Of a DNA stretch of 64,000 bases, positions 50,760 through 61,191 are shown piece by piece (within the stretch, counting starts at the first letter, position 1; each line of letters begins with the position of its first letter). A program made the position numbers and the translations under genes. The stretch spans positions 3,168,001-3,232,000 of the forward strand of contig CAWIAD010000002.1 of assembly GCA_963833985.1 (NCBI GenBank), given 5' to 3'. The stretch comes from an uncultured Planctomycetaceae bacterium. GTDB lineage: Bacteria; Planctomycetota; Planctomycetia; Isosphaerales; Isosphaeraceae. The notes under the pieces were generated by a model. That model searched no databases. It had not been told where the DNA came from and saw only the letters and a list, made by a program, of their open reading frames with translations.

Positions 50760-53700
50760 ATGAATCCCACCGTCTTCGCGATGCGGCGTCCCGTGACGAC
50801 CATGATGATGGTCGTGGCTCTGGTCAGCGGTGGCATCCTTGCCTACAACCGCATGCGAGTGGATATCTTTCCCTCGCTGAACACACCAAAAATCTACGTC
50901 TTTCTCGACTACATCGGCATGAGCGCCGACCAGATCGAGGGCTTCATCGTCAACCAGCTGGAACTCTACTTCCAGTACGTGGATGGCATCCAGGACATCA
51001 ATACCCGGAACATCCAGCAGGTGGCTCTCTGTGAACTGTCGTTCTTTCCCGGCACCGACATGGGCCAGGCAATGGCTCAGGTGGTAGCAATGTCCGACCG
51101 GGCCATGTCGTGGATGCCCAAGGGGACGTTGCCGCCGATGATCATGCGCATGGACGCCGGCAGCGTGCCGGTGGGCTACCTGGTCTTCGAGAGCAAGGAG
51201 ACGTCCCTGGGGGCGATGGGGGACCTGGCGCAGAACGTGGTGCGGCCGCTGGTGCAGAAGTTCGTGCCCGGCACGGTGGCGATCTCGCCGTTCGGCCCGA
51301 ACATGCGGTCCATCGTCATCAATGTCGATCCGCACAAGCTGCGCGATTACAACGTCACGCCGCATCAGGTGATCGAGGCCCTGTCGAAGGGGAACACGAT
51401 CATTCCGGCGGGGAATATTTACATCAAGGATTCCATGCCGGTGGTCGCCAACAATGCGACCGTGGTGGACATCAGCCGTCTGGGAGATATTCCGCTCAAG
51501 ATCGGTCTGAACGTTTACCTGCGCGACGTGGCGACGTTCTCGGATGACACCGACATCACCTACGGCTACGCGCTGGTCAACGGCAAGAAGTCGGTGTACT
51601 TGCCGATCATCAAGAAGGACACCGGCTCGACGCTGGCCGTCGTGGCCGACGTTCACAGGTCGATGCAGCTCTTCCGCGACGCGGTGCCCAAGGACGTGAC
51701 GGTGAACTTCGAGTTCGACGAATCGCCCACGGTGGTCGCCGCGGTGGAGAGCGTCGCCACCGAGGGATTGATCGGCGCGGGCCTGACGGGGCTGATGATC
51801 CTGCTGTTCCTCCGCGACTGGAGGAGCGTGGTGGTCGTGGTGCTCACCATTCCCCTGGCCCTGCTGGGCTCGCTCTTCGGGCTCTGGGTGACGGGCAACA
51901 CCATCAACATCATGTCGCTGGGCGGGCTGGCTCTGGCCATCGGCATCCTTGTGGATATGGCAACGGTCACCATCGAGAATGTGAACGTGCAGATGGCGCG
52001 CACGCCGAAGATCGCCACGGCCGTACTCCACGGTAGCCTTACCACGGCGGTGCCCATACTGCTCGCCCTGCTGTGCATCTTGTCGGTATTCGTCCCCGCA
52101 TTCATCATGGCCGACCCGTTGCGGTCGCTCTTCATGCCGCTGACACTGGCCGTGGGTTTCGCCATGATCACGGCCTACCTGCTTTCCAGCACGCTCGTGC
52201 CCATTCTGTGTGTGAGTCTGCTGTCCCATGCGGGTCATCATGACCAGGCCGGCGGGTTGTTCGCTCGTTTCCTTGGCGGCTATCGAATGCTGGTGGGCTG
52301 GTTCGTGCGCGCGCGGCGCGTCGTCGTCCCGGCTTACCTGGCGATCTGCGGCCTGATTCTCTGGTTGTTCGGTTCTCAGGTCGGCAAGGAACTGTTCCCG
52401 CAGATCGATTCGGGGCAGTTCGTGCTGCGGTTCCGGCCTCCGCCGGGCTCGAACTTCGAGCTCACCCGGCAGATGGCCGTGAAGTGCCTGGAAGAGATCG
52501 AGCGCGAGGCGAAACCCGAGAACATCCAGATCACTATGGGTTTCGTGGGTCAGGTGGCGCCGAACTTCGGCATCGACAACATGGTGCTGTTCATGCGCGG
52601 GCCCGACGACGGCCAGCTGCGCGTGGCCTTGCGCGAAGACAGTGGAATCAAGCTGGACCGGTTCCGGGAGAAGCTGCGCAAGGTGCTTCCCGAGCGCGTG
52701 ATTCCCTGGCTGGCCCAGCGGCTGGAGCAGGGGGGCCTGTCGAAGAACGACGCCCAGATCGAGGCCAGGAAGTCGACCTTCGGTTTCGAGCCCGGCGACA
52801 TCGTGACCAGCGTCATGAGCTTCGGCTCGGCCAAGCCCATCGCGGTGCGCGTGGTCGGCACCGACCTGAAGATGGTGCGGCAGCACGCCGAGAAGATCGC
52901 CGGAAGACTCAAGGAGAACCCGTTCCTGCGCGACGTTTCGTTCGACCAGACGCTCGATTATCCGAGTGTCGAGGTCAATATCGACCGCGAGAAGGCCGGT
53001 CTGAGCAATGTGAACGTCGAGGACGTGGCCCACGCCCTGGTGATGGCGACGGCCTCCACACGCTTCGCCAACCTGAACTACTGGGTGGACGTGAAGACCG
53101 GCTTTGACTACCTGGTCCAGATCCAGATTCCGCCCCTCCGCATGGAGAAGCCCGAGGACGTGGAGATCTTGCCGCTGGAATCGGTCAATCCGCTGGTGAA
53201 CCTGATGATCCGCGACGTGGCGAAGGTGCGCCAGGGCGTTCGCCCCGGTGAGCTCGACCGCGACATGTCGCAGCGCTACGTGACGCTCGTGTCCAACGTG
53301 GAAGGCGAGGACATGGGCCGGGCGTCGGACCAGGTGGCGCAGGCGATTGCCACGGCTGGTGAGCCGCCCCGCGGCGTCCGCGTCGAGCCGATGGGTCAGT
53401 TGCCGCCCATGCTGGAGATGTTCAAGGCCTTGTATGTGGGAATGGGAGTGGCGGTGTTCGTGATCTTCGTGCTGCTCACGGCCTACTTCCAGTCGCCCCG
53501 GCTGGCCCTGATCTCCATCGGTGCCGTCCCCGGCGTGCTCGCCGGCATCGCGACCATTCTTTACTTCACCAACACCTCGCTGAACATCGAGTCGTTCATG
53601 GGTTCGATCATGAGTCTGGGCGTCTCGGTGTCCAACTCGGTCCTGCTGGTCACGTTCATGGATGAATACTGGAAAGCGGGAGCAAGAGCCAGCGAGGCTG

Positions 53701-54281
53701 CGGTGGTGGGCGCGGGCGACCGGCTGCGGCCGATTCTCATGACGGCCTGCGCCATGACGGTGGGTATGGTGCCCATGGCGCTGGCGCTGGAACGAGGCAG
53801 CCAGATGCAGGCCCCGCTGGGACTGGCTGTGATCGGCGGACTGGTCATGTCCACCTTCGCGACCCTGCTGGTGCTCCCCTCGATCTTCTCCATGGTGATC
53901 GGCAGTCGCATCTTCCACACTCCATCGATCTACCCGGATGACCGCCAGAGCGTGCACTATGACGCAACGGTTTTCGCGGAGGATGGCGATCACGAGAGCC
54001 AGAGAGCCAGCGGGATCACGGGCGCGAGTGCAGCTCGGACGTCGGATGAGATCATCGGGTTCCTCAGGAGCATCCTGCACGAGGTGCGGTCGAAGCGGGA
54101 CGACATGGTCACACACCACAACGTCAATGACCTGCTGCGCACCCTGGGCTTTGGCAAGGAGCGACCCTCGGAGGGAGGCGACTCTGGCCCGCACGATGGA
54201 TCTGCCCCGCCGCTTGATGGCCTGGACGCAGGACTTGAACCGGTCGAGCCCCCGGTCGTTACAATGCAAGGAGAGAAATGA
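50760..54281 (+). CDS. RND efflux permease, copy 2
   Basis: Close paralog of 45024..48512 with long near-identical tracts. Confidence 0.95.
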   Translation: MNPTVFAMRRPVTTMMMVVALVSGGILAYNRMRVDIFPSLNTPKIYVFLDYIGMSADQIEGFIVNQLELYFQYVDGIQDINTRNIQQVALCELSFFPGTDMGQAMAQVVAMSDRAMSWMPKGTLPPMIMRMDAGSVPVGYLVFESKETSLGAMGDLAQNVVRPLVQKFVPGTVAISPFGPNMRSIVINVDPHKLRDYNVTPHQVIEALSKGNTIIPAGNIYIKDSMPVVANNATVVDISRLGDIPLKIGLNVYLRDVATFSDDTDITYGYALVNGKKSVYLPIIKKDTGSTLAVVADVHRSMQLFRDAVPKDVTVNFEFDESPTVVAAVESVATEGLIGAGLTGLMILLFLRDWRSVVVVVLTIPLALLGSLFGLWVTGNTINIMSLGGLALAIGILVDMATVTIENVNVQMARTPKIATAVLHGSLTTAVPILLALLCILSVFVPAFIMADPLRSLFMPLTLAVGFAMITAYLLSSTLVPILCVSLLSHAGHHDQAGGLFARFLGGYRMLVGWFVRARRVVVPAYLAICGLILWLFGSQVGKELFPQIDSGQFVLRFRPPPGSNFELTRQMAVKCLEEIEREAKPENIQITMGFVGQVAPNFGIDNMVLFMRGPDDGQLRVALREDSGIKLDRFREKLRKVLPERVIPWLAQRLEQGGLSKNDAQIEARKSTFGFEPGDIVTSVMSFGSAKPIAVRVVGTDLKMVRQHAEKIAGRLKENPFLRDVSFDQTLDYPSVEVNIDREKAGLSNVNVEDVAHALVMATASTRFANLNYWVDVKTGFDYLVQIQIPPLRMEKPEDVEILPLESVNPLVNLMIRDVAKVRQGVRPGELDRDMSQRYVTLVSNVEGEDMGRASDQVAQAIATAGEPPRGVRVEPMGQLPPMLEMFKALYVGMGVAVFVIFVLLTAYFQSPRLALISIGAVPGVLAGIATILYFTNTSLNIESFMGSIMSLGVSVSNSVLLVTFMDEYWKAGARASEAAVVGAGDRLRPILMTACAMTVGMVPMALALERGSQMQAPLGLAVIGGLVMSTFATLLVLPSIFSMVIGSRIFHTPSIYPDDRQSVHYDATVFAEDGDHESQRASGITGASAARTSDEIIGFLRSILHEVRSKRDDMVTHHNVNDLLRTLGFGKERPSEGGDSGPHDGSAPPLDGLDAGLEPVEPPVVTMQGEK

Positions 54282-56170
54282 TGTCGACGGTTCCGCCCAG
54301 TGCGGAGGAATGTCAATGCTCCAGGGCGGTGGCGCCGCGTCGCCGCCCTCATACCTGGAGATCCATGATGCGCCGCCAAGTCTGCCAACCCCGCGCGAGA
54401 TGGTCTTCCCCATGCTTGCCCGCTGGACTCTGCCTGCTGGCCGCCCTGGCGACGGCAGGCTGCGGTGAAGAGGAAAAGTCGCATTACACGAGCGTCGCCG
54501 AGCCGCCGACTGTGCGGGTTGTCCAGCCTGAGGTGCGCACGATCACGCGGCTTGTCGGCCAGCCGAGCTTCATCGAGGCGTACGAGCGGACCTCGATCTA
54601 TCCCAAGCTCACGGCGTACATCGACAAGTGGATCGTCGACATCGGCGACAAGGTGAAGAAGGGGGACGTACTGGCCACCCTTTTCGTACCCGAGCTGGTG
54701 GAGGACTTCGGCACCAAGAAGGCCACCGTGAAGCTGGATGAAGAGCGTGTCGACCTTGCCAGCAAGCTGGTGGAAGTCGCGGAAGCGGACGTCAAGGCCG
54801 CCGAGGCGCAACTGGTGGAAGCCAAGGCGATTCTGGCCAAGTACGAGGCCGAGGTCGATCGCTGGGACACGGAAGTCAAGCGGCTCACGCGCGAGGTGAA
54901 GCAGGGCGTCGTTGACCCGCAGATCCTCCTGGAATCCACCAACCAGTGGAAGTCCAGCGTGGCCTCGCGGGATGCCGCCAGGGCCACGATCACCAAGGCC
55001 GAGGCCGAGCTGCTCTCCCGGCGAGCCACACTCGCGAAGGCGCGCGTGGACGTCTCGGTGGCCAAGGCCGACCTGGCGGTGGCCACCAGCGAGGCCAAGC
55101 GGATCGAGGCGTGGGTTGGCTACCTCACGCTCACCGCCCCCTTCAACGGAGTGATCGTCACCCGTAATGCCAACACGTTCGACTTCGTCCTGCCATCCTC
55201 CGGCGACCCGACGGCCGATGCGCGTGCCCCGCACCTCTCTCCCTCCGGAGGCGCCGCCCCCATCTATGTCGTCGACCGGACCGACGTGGTGCGGATTTTC
55301 GTCGATATTCCCGAGCAAGACGCAGACTACGTGCACGGCAGCGACTTGCGGCTCATGCCGGCGATCAAGGAACCCGGCGAGCTGCCGTCTGCCGGCAAGG
55401 ACCTCGTGGTTCTGGCGAACCGCGGCGGTGTGCTCTGGGTGCGAATTTTCAACTCCGCCGGAAAGCGGGTCGTGGACGGCGACGAGAAGCAGTTCGCCGC
55501 GAAGGAATCGGTGCTCGGCGAGCTCAAGTCCTTGCTCGCCGTGCTCTGGAAGACTCCGCGCATCTCTCCGCTGGACAAGGACCGTGTCCTCGCAGTGCTT
55601 GGCTCGCTCTGCGGCGAGTCCGCGGTCCCCGTCGGGACCAGGGCCACCGTGCTGGCGCAGGCCTACCGCGACGAGCCCATTCCCGGCACCGTCACCCGCA
55701 CGTCGTGGGCGCTGAACGTCAAGAGCCGCACGCTGCGCGCGGAGATCGACCTTCCCAACCCAGGCAGCCAGCTCCTGCCGGGGATGTATGCCTACGCCAA
55801 CGTGATCATTGATCGGCCTGGGGTCCGTGCGCTGCCGGTCTCGGCGCTGACGCACAGCGGCGATCAGACCTTCTGCTGGATCTACAGAGATGGCCATGCC
55901 GAACGCGCCGAGATCCAGACCGGCGTGAGCGACGGTCTCTGGGTGGAAGTCACCAACCTCGGGCAAAAGAAGAGCGGTCCGGACGATCGCGGCTGGCGGC
56001 CGATCAGCGGGACCGAGCAGGTGATCCTGGGCGACCTGTCGATTCTCGCCGAGGGCACGGCTGTGCAACTCTCCGCCGAACCCGCGGCCGCTCAGGCCCC
56101 GGAAACCGGGACTGCGGCCGGAACGGCCACATCCCAGACAGGTGAAGGGAAGCTGGTCCGATCTCGCTGA
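54278..56170 (+). CDS. RND periplasmic adaptor (MFP), copy 2, with a 98-aa insertion
   Basis: Lipobox-like TAGC, same MFP motifs as copy 1. Start uncertain. Confidence 0.92.
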   Translation: MMSTVPPSAEECQCSRAVAPRRRPHTWRSMMRRQVCQPRARWSSPCLPAGLCLLAALATAGCGEEEKSHYTSVAEPPTVRVVQPEVRTITRLVGQPSFIEAYERTSIYPKLTAYIDKWIVDIGDKVKKGDVLATLFVPELVEDFGTKKATVKLDEERVDLASKLVEVAEADVKAAEAQLVEAKAILAKYEAEVDRWDTEVKRLTREVKQGVVDPQILLESTNQWKSSVASRDAARATITKAEAELLSRRATLAKARVDVSVAKADLAVATSEAKRIEAWVGYLTLTAPFNGVIVTRNANTFDFVLPSSGDPTADARAPHLSPSGGAAPIYVVDRTDVVRIFVDIPEQDADYVHGSDLRLMPAIKEPGELPSAGKDLVVLANRGGVLWVRIFNSAGKRVVDGDEKQFAAKESVLGELKSLLAVLWKTPRISPLDKDRVLAVLGSLCGESAVPVGTRATVLAQAYRDEPIPGTVTRTSWALNVKSRTLRAEIDLPNPGSQLLPGMYAYANVIIDRPGVRALPVSALTHSGDQTFCWIYRDGHAERAEIQTGVSDGLWVEVTNLGQKKSGPDDRGWRPISGTEQVILGDLSILAEGTAVQLSAEPAAAQAPETGTAAGTATSQTGEGKLVRSR

Positions 56171-56430
56171 AGCCCTGGCCGCGGAGCCTTTCACTGGCTC
56201 TCTGATACGCCCCTCGGCCGTCATGATCCGCACGATCCTCAAACTCGAACCGCATTTCACGGTTCGGGGCGGGGGTTGCCCCGTCACCAGAGTAAGATCC
56301 TGGAATTCAGACCCTTTAATCATTCAATCACACTGACGCTGAAAACCGATAAATCCCGTGAACCGGTCGGAACGGCGCAGGCCGCTTCCTCCGCAGGGAA
56401 CGGTACAGGGATGTCATGAGGTGCAGAACG

Positions 56431-58222
56431 ATGGAACGATCCACCTGGGCATGGATGCCCGCGGCGGCTCTGCTGCTCTGCGGGGTGGGCGCCTCGCGGG
56501 CTTTCGCGCAGGCACCGGTACCGCCTTCCCCGATGCCTTCGACCGTGAACCCGCTGGCCGGCCCGACTCTGGGGCCGCCACCGTTTCCGCCGTCCGCGGG
56601 GGGCCTGCCCGGAACGAGCCCGGCGCTCGGCGGCGGCTCTGGCACTGGCGGACGCAGCGGACAGCCCGCGTTCCCATTACCGCCGGCCTTGCCGGGAACC
56701 TCCGGGCCGCAGCCGCCGGTACGGCTTCCGGGAACGCCGGCGGGCGCCAATCCCGTCGCGCGGCCGGAGGTCAATCCGCTGGCCACCGGCATGCGGCTGC
56801 GGCCGGTTCCCTACGAATCCACGGACCTGCGCTTCCCGATCAGCCTGGCGGCCGCGCTGCGGCTGGCGGACGCCCGGCCGCTGATCGTGGCGGCCGCGCA
56901 GGCGGGCGTCTGGGTGGCCGAGGCCCAGTTGCTGCGCGCCAAGGTGCTCTGGATTCCCACGCTCAACATCGGCTTCGACTACCTGCGGCACGACGGCGGC
57001 GGCCCGGACTTCAACAAGGGCATCATGACCGCCCCGAGCGTGAACTTCTTCTACGGCGGTGCCGGCATGTGGGGCGTCCTCTCCGGAACCGACATCATCT
57101 TCCAGCCGCTGGCCGCTCGGCAGTACCTCAACTCGGCACACTGGGGAATTCAGTACGCCAAGAACGAGGCGCTGCTCCAGACTGCGATGGCCTACTTCAG
57201 CGTCCACCAGTATCGCGGCATGTACGCCGGCGGCCTGTACGTCGTCGAACGCGGCCACGAGCTGGTCGACCGCATCGCCAACCTGAGCCGCGAGTTCGTG
57301 CCCAGGGTGGAAGTCGACCGGGCGCGGAACCTGCTGGCCGAGCTCGAGCAGCAAACGGTCTACTCGCGGCAGGAGTGGCGTGTCGCCAGCGCCAACCTGA
57401 CCCAGGTGCTGCGGCTCGACCCGCGCTGTCGTCGAGCCGCTGGAGCACGACCACGCGCAGGTCACACTCATCGACCCCACGAGGTCGCTCGATGAAATGA
57501 TGCCGATCGCGCTCACCAACCGCCCCGAGCTGGGCGCCTACCAGGCCATTGTGCAGGCGTTCATGCGGCAGATCCAGCGCGAGAAGGCGCGGCCGTTCCT
57601 GCCCAGCGTGCTGATCAACGGCTTTCAGACTCCGTACGAGATGATCCAGGCCGGTATCTTCGGCCTTGGCCCCAACAGCAGCATGAACCAGTGGCGCGGC
57701 CGCGACGATTTGAGCTACCAGCCCCTGTGGCAGCTCGAGGCGTTCGGCATCGGCAACCTGGCGCGGATCAAGGAGCAGCGCGGGATGCAGTCGAAGGCCA
57801 TCATCGACTACTTCATGAACCAGGACGCGGTGGCGGCCGACGTGACCCGGGCCCTGGCTCGGGTGCAGTCATCGGCGGCCCGGGTTGTCCAGGCCGACCG
57901 TGCCATGCGCACGGCGATCATCACCTTCAACGGCAACTACGAGGGCTTGCAGCAGACCACGCGGCTGGGCAACGTGCTGGTGCTGGTCAACCGGCCGCAG
58001 GAAGCGGTGTTCGCCCTCCAGCTTCTGAAGCTGGCCTTCGACGAGTACTTCACCACGGTCGCCGAGTACAACCGGTCGCAGTTCGAGCTCTTCCACGCGC
58101 TGGGCTACCCGGCACGCGAGCTGGCACAACTGAGATCCCCGGGTGCCGTTGTGCCGGTGGACACGGCGCGGCCTCCGTACTTGCCGCGGGTGGGCAATGG
58201 TCCTCCGCCGGCAACCCGCTGA
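56431..58222 (+). CDS. TolC-like outer membrane efflux protein, copy 1, apparent frameshift near 57425
   Basis: Signal peptide, Pro-rich linker, FPISLAAALRLA, ALTNRPEL, EYNRSQFELFHALG. Collinear with copy 2 once ORFs 56416..57495 and 57497..58222 are joined. Confidence 0.85.
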
Positions 58223-58293
58223 TCGCTGGCTGATTGTGATCGCCCGTCGCGTCGTGGTTTGGTCTACCTGCGGTCGCCTGAGGGACCTGATCG

Positions 58294-59061
58294 ATGCACC
58301 GTACGACTCCGAAATATCATCCCAGGCTCGAGCCCCTGGAAGAGAAACGGCTGCTCAGTGCCGGGGGAACCGGGGCGGCGCAGGCGCACGCGAAGCCTGC
58401 CCCGCGGATCCTGCCTGCGCACGCGGCCCACATCGCGCCGGCTCCAGCGGTCGCCGGCGGTACGACGGCTTCGGGGGGTGTCCAGACCCCGCTGGCCGGA
58501 GCAAAGAAGCCCACAAAGGGCTTTCTCATGTACCGCATCACCAACGCCGACCGCTTCAACAACCACTTCGTCCTGCCGTTCCAGCAGGTGATGGTACAGA
58601 CACAGCAGCCGGTGCCGGGTCATACGTATAACCTGCTCTATGTGGTCGCACGAAACGGAACCGCGCAGACCTTCGATGCGAACAGCGGCTTCTACGTGAA
58701 GATCCCCCAGTCGCCGACCAAGTTCCCCATCCTCACGGGCAACGAGCAGTGGAAGCCGGGACACTGGATCATCTTCTACATTCTCACGCAGAAATACTAT
58801 CCGATGCCATCGCAGGTGCACTCGGGATTCCAGTTCGATCTCGCGGGTGCCCGATCCGTCGCGATTCCCGGCCCGTCGGCGATCGCTCTGCGGATCACGT
58901 ATGAGCCGAACCAGTTCAGCACGACGCTGGATCGGATCGTTGTCTTCGGCCAGGGGAACCAGGGAGGGGCAGGCATCAAGAACGGGGGACTGGCGAACAC
59001 CGCCATCAACCAGTTCGTCTTTGCCCTCACCCAGCGCAATGATTTCGGCGGCTATTTCTAG
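58294..59061 (+). CDS. Planctomycete-type extracellular protein (LEPR-XLL-like motif)
   Basis: YHPRLEPLEEKRLLS N-terminus; GAGGGA SD. Confidence 0.75.
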   Translation: MHRTTPKYHPRLEPLEEKRLLSAGGTGAAQAHAKPAPRILPAHAAHIAPAPAVAGGTTASGGVQTPLAGAKKPTKGFLMYRITNADRFNNHFVLPFQQVMVQTQQPVPGHTYNLLYVVARNGTAQTFDANSGFYVKIPQSPTKFPILTGNEQWKPGHWIIFYILTQKYYPMPSQVHSGFQFDLAGARSVAIPGPSAIALRITYEPNQFSTTLDRIVVFGQGNQGGAGIKNGGLANTAINQFVFALTQRNDFGGYF

Positions 59062-59174
59062 TCGACACGGAAGTCGACCGGACCGTCCAGAACGGGAACA
59101 TGAGAGCCAAAAGCGCAGGAAGCGAACATGGCACTGGTCTCCTGGAGAGCCAAGGAAATCGAGGGGGGCTCCTC

Positions 59175-61109
59175 ATGAAAAGCGCCGCCGGCTGGTCCAC
59201 GACCATGGGACTGGCCGCTCTACTGGCCTGCCTTGCCGTCACGCCCGGCAGGGCGCAGGCCCCGACGCCAGCGAGGACCCCGAGCGCCACCCGTCCCGAT
59301 CTGCCGGGCCGGCTGGAGCCGATGACGCTCCCCCCGCCCGTCGATCCCGACCCGAAGGACGGCGTCGGCGGTCCATCGGCGCTGCCGTCGACAGTCTCTC
59401 CGGCCATCGAGCGGTACGTCAAGCAAAGCGGCCGGGTGCTGCCTCCGCTGCGGCTCTCTCCGGCAGCGGCCATGATCGAGCGGCGGCAGGAGCAGCCTTC
59501 GCCGGCCAGGGCCACGGCGCCGCTGCGTTCCGGCACCGTGTCGCCCCCGCTGGCCCAGGCGGGTCAGCCGAACTTGCGGCAAGGCGCGCCTTCCTTGCCA
59601 GCGCCGTTACTCCCGATCGCACAACCTCCGAGGGCCGGCATCCCCGTGACGGGTGCCTCGCCTTTGGCCTTCAACCTCAAGCTCAAGTCCGCTCCACTCG
59701 AGCCGACGGACCTGCGGTTTCCCATCAACCTGGCGACCGCTCTGCGGCTGGCCGACGCGCGGCCGCTCATCGTCGCCTCCGCCCAGGCGAGCGTGTGGGT
59801 CGCCGAGGCACAGCTCACCCGTGCCAAGATCCTCTGGGTGCCGTCGGTTCTGCTGGGCGCCGATTACATCCGCCATGACGGCGGCGGCCCGGATATCAAC
59901 AAGGGCGTCATGACGTTTCCCAGTGCGAACTTCTTCTACGCCGGTCCAAGTTTGTACCAGTACGTCAACCTCACGGATGTCATCTTCGAGCCGCTGGCCG
60001 CACGGCAGGAGCTGAACGCGAGACAGTGGGACACGCAGGCCGCCAAGAACGACGCCCTGCTCCAGACCGCGGACGCCTACTTCCTGGTTCACCAGTATCG
60101 CGGGATGTACGCCGGCGCACTCTACACCGTTGACCTGGGTCAGGACCTGGTCGATCGCATCGCCAGCCTGAGCAGCGAACTGGTCTCCGCGGTGGAGGTG
60201 GACCGGGCCAGAAACTTCCTGGCCGACCTGGAGCAGCGCGCCGTGATGGCGCGGCAGGAATGGCGTGTCTCGAGCGCCAATCTCACCCAGGTGCTGCGGC
60301 TCGATCCCCGGGCCGTCGTCGACCCGATGGAGCACGACCACACCCAGGTCACGCTCATCGACCCTGCGCGCTCCTATGACGACCTGATGCCGATTGCCCT
60401 CACCAACCGTCCCGAGATCCTCTCGCGGCGGGCGCTGGTGCAGAGGGCGGAGCTCACCGTCCGCCGCGAGAAATCACGTCCGCTCCTGCCGCTGATCATG
60501 CTCAACGGCTTCCAGAGCGCGGGCATGTTCATCCAGGGCGGCGTCTTCGCGCTGGGTCCCAACAGCAGCCTCAACCAGTGGGTTGGCCGCGACGACGTCA
60601 CGATCCAGCTCATGTGGCAGCTGGAAAACTTCGGCATGGGCAACCTGGGCAGGATCAAGGCGCAGCGCGGCAACGAGTCGCGGACGATCATTGAACTGCG
60701 GAATGCTCAGGACAGGGCGGTGGCCGAGGTGACACGCGCCGTCTCACGACTGCAATCGGCGGCGGCCCGTGTGCTGCAAGCCGACCGAGCGCTCCGCGCG
60801 GGCATCATCACGTTCAACGGGCACCTTGAGGGCCTGGGTCAGACCCGGCGCCTGGGGAACGTGCTGGTCCTGACATTCCGGCCCCAGGAGGCGGTCTACT
60901 CGCTCGACCTCCTGAGTCTGGCCTTCAATGAATACTTCACGACGGTCGCGGAGTACAACCGCGCCCAGTTCGATCTCTACCACGCTCTGGGCTTCCCGGC
61001 GGCCGAGCTGGCACGGTTCCGTCCCGCTGGCGAGGTCTTGCCGGTGGACACCTCTCGGCCGGCATTCCTTCCGCGGGTGGGCAATGGGCCGCCGGCGGCC
61101 ACCCGTTAG
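59175..61109 (+). CDS. TolC-like outer membrane efflux protein, copy 2
   Basis: FPINLATALRLA, ALTNRPEI, EYNRAQFDLYHALG; same C-terminus LPRVGNGPP(P/A)ATR as copy 1. Confidence 0.88.
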   Translation: MKSAAGWSTTMGLAALLACLAVTPGRAQAPTPARTPSATRPDLPGRLEPMTLPPPVDPDPKDGVGGPSALPSTVSPAIERYVKQSGRVLPPLRLSPAAAMIERRQEQPSPARATAPLRSGTVSPPLAQAGQPNLRQGAPSLPAPLLPIAQPPRAGIPVTGASPLAFNLKLKSAPLEPTDLRFPINLATALRLADARPLIVASAQASVWVAEAQLTRAKILWVPSVLLGADYIRHDGGGPDINKGVMTFPSANFFYAGPSLYQYVNLTDVIFEPLAARQELNARQWDTQAAKNDALLQTADAYFLVHQYRGMYAGALYTVDLGQDLVDRIASLSSELVSAVEVDRARNFLADLEQRAVMARQEWRVSSANLTQVLRLDPRAVVDPMEHDHTQVTLIDPARSYDDLMPIALTNRPEILSRRALVQRAELTVRREKSRPLLPLIMLNGFQSAGMFIQGGVFALGPNSSLNQWVGRDDVTIQLMWQLENFGMGNLGRIKAQRGNESRTIIELRNAQDRAVAEVTRAVSRLQSAAARVLQADRALRAGIITFNGHLEGLGQTRRLGNVLVLTFRPQEAVYSLDLLSLAFNEYFTTVAEYNRAQFDLYHALGFPAAELARFRPAGEVLPVDTSRPAFLPRVGNGPPAATR

Positions 61110-61191
61110 CGGTCGCCGGCGAGCAGGGACGCTCGCCAGCGCATGGGTTGGAACATTCCTACGGATCCACGATATTGACAGGAGCTCGCCG

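Noticed and set aside
50646..54413. 1255-aa minus-strand ORF and similar long antisense ORFs (9775..11703, 40104..41636, 53990..56323)
   Set aside because: High-GC codon shadows of clear plus-strand genes, with no motifs of their own.
56180..56320. Possible remnant of a tyrosine transposase 3' end with a REP-like end (GAATTCAGACCCTTT)
   Set aside because: Similarity too weak to support without a search.
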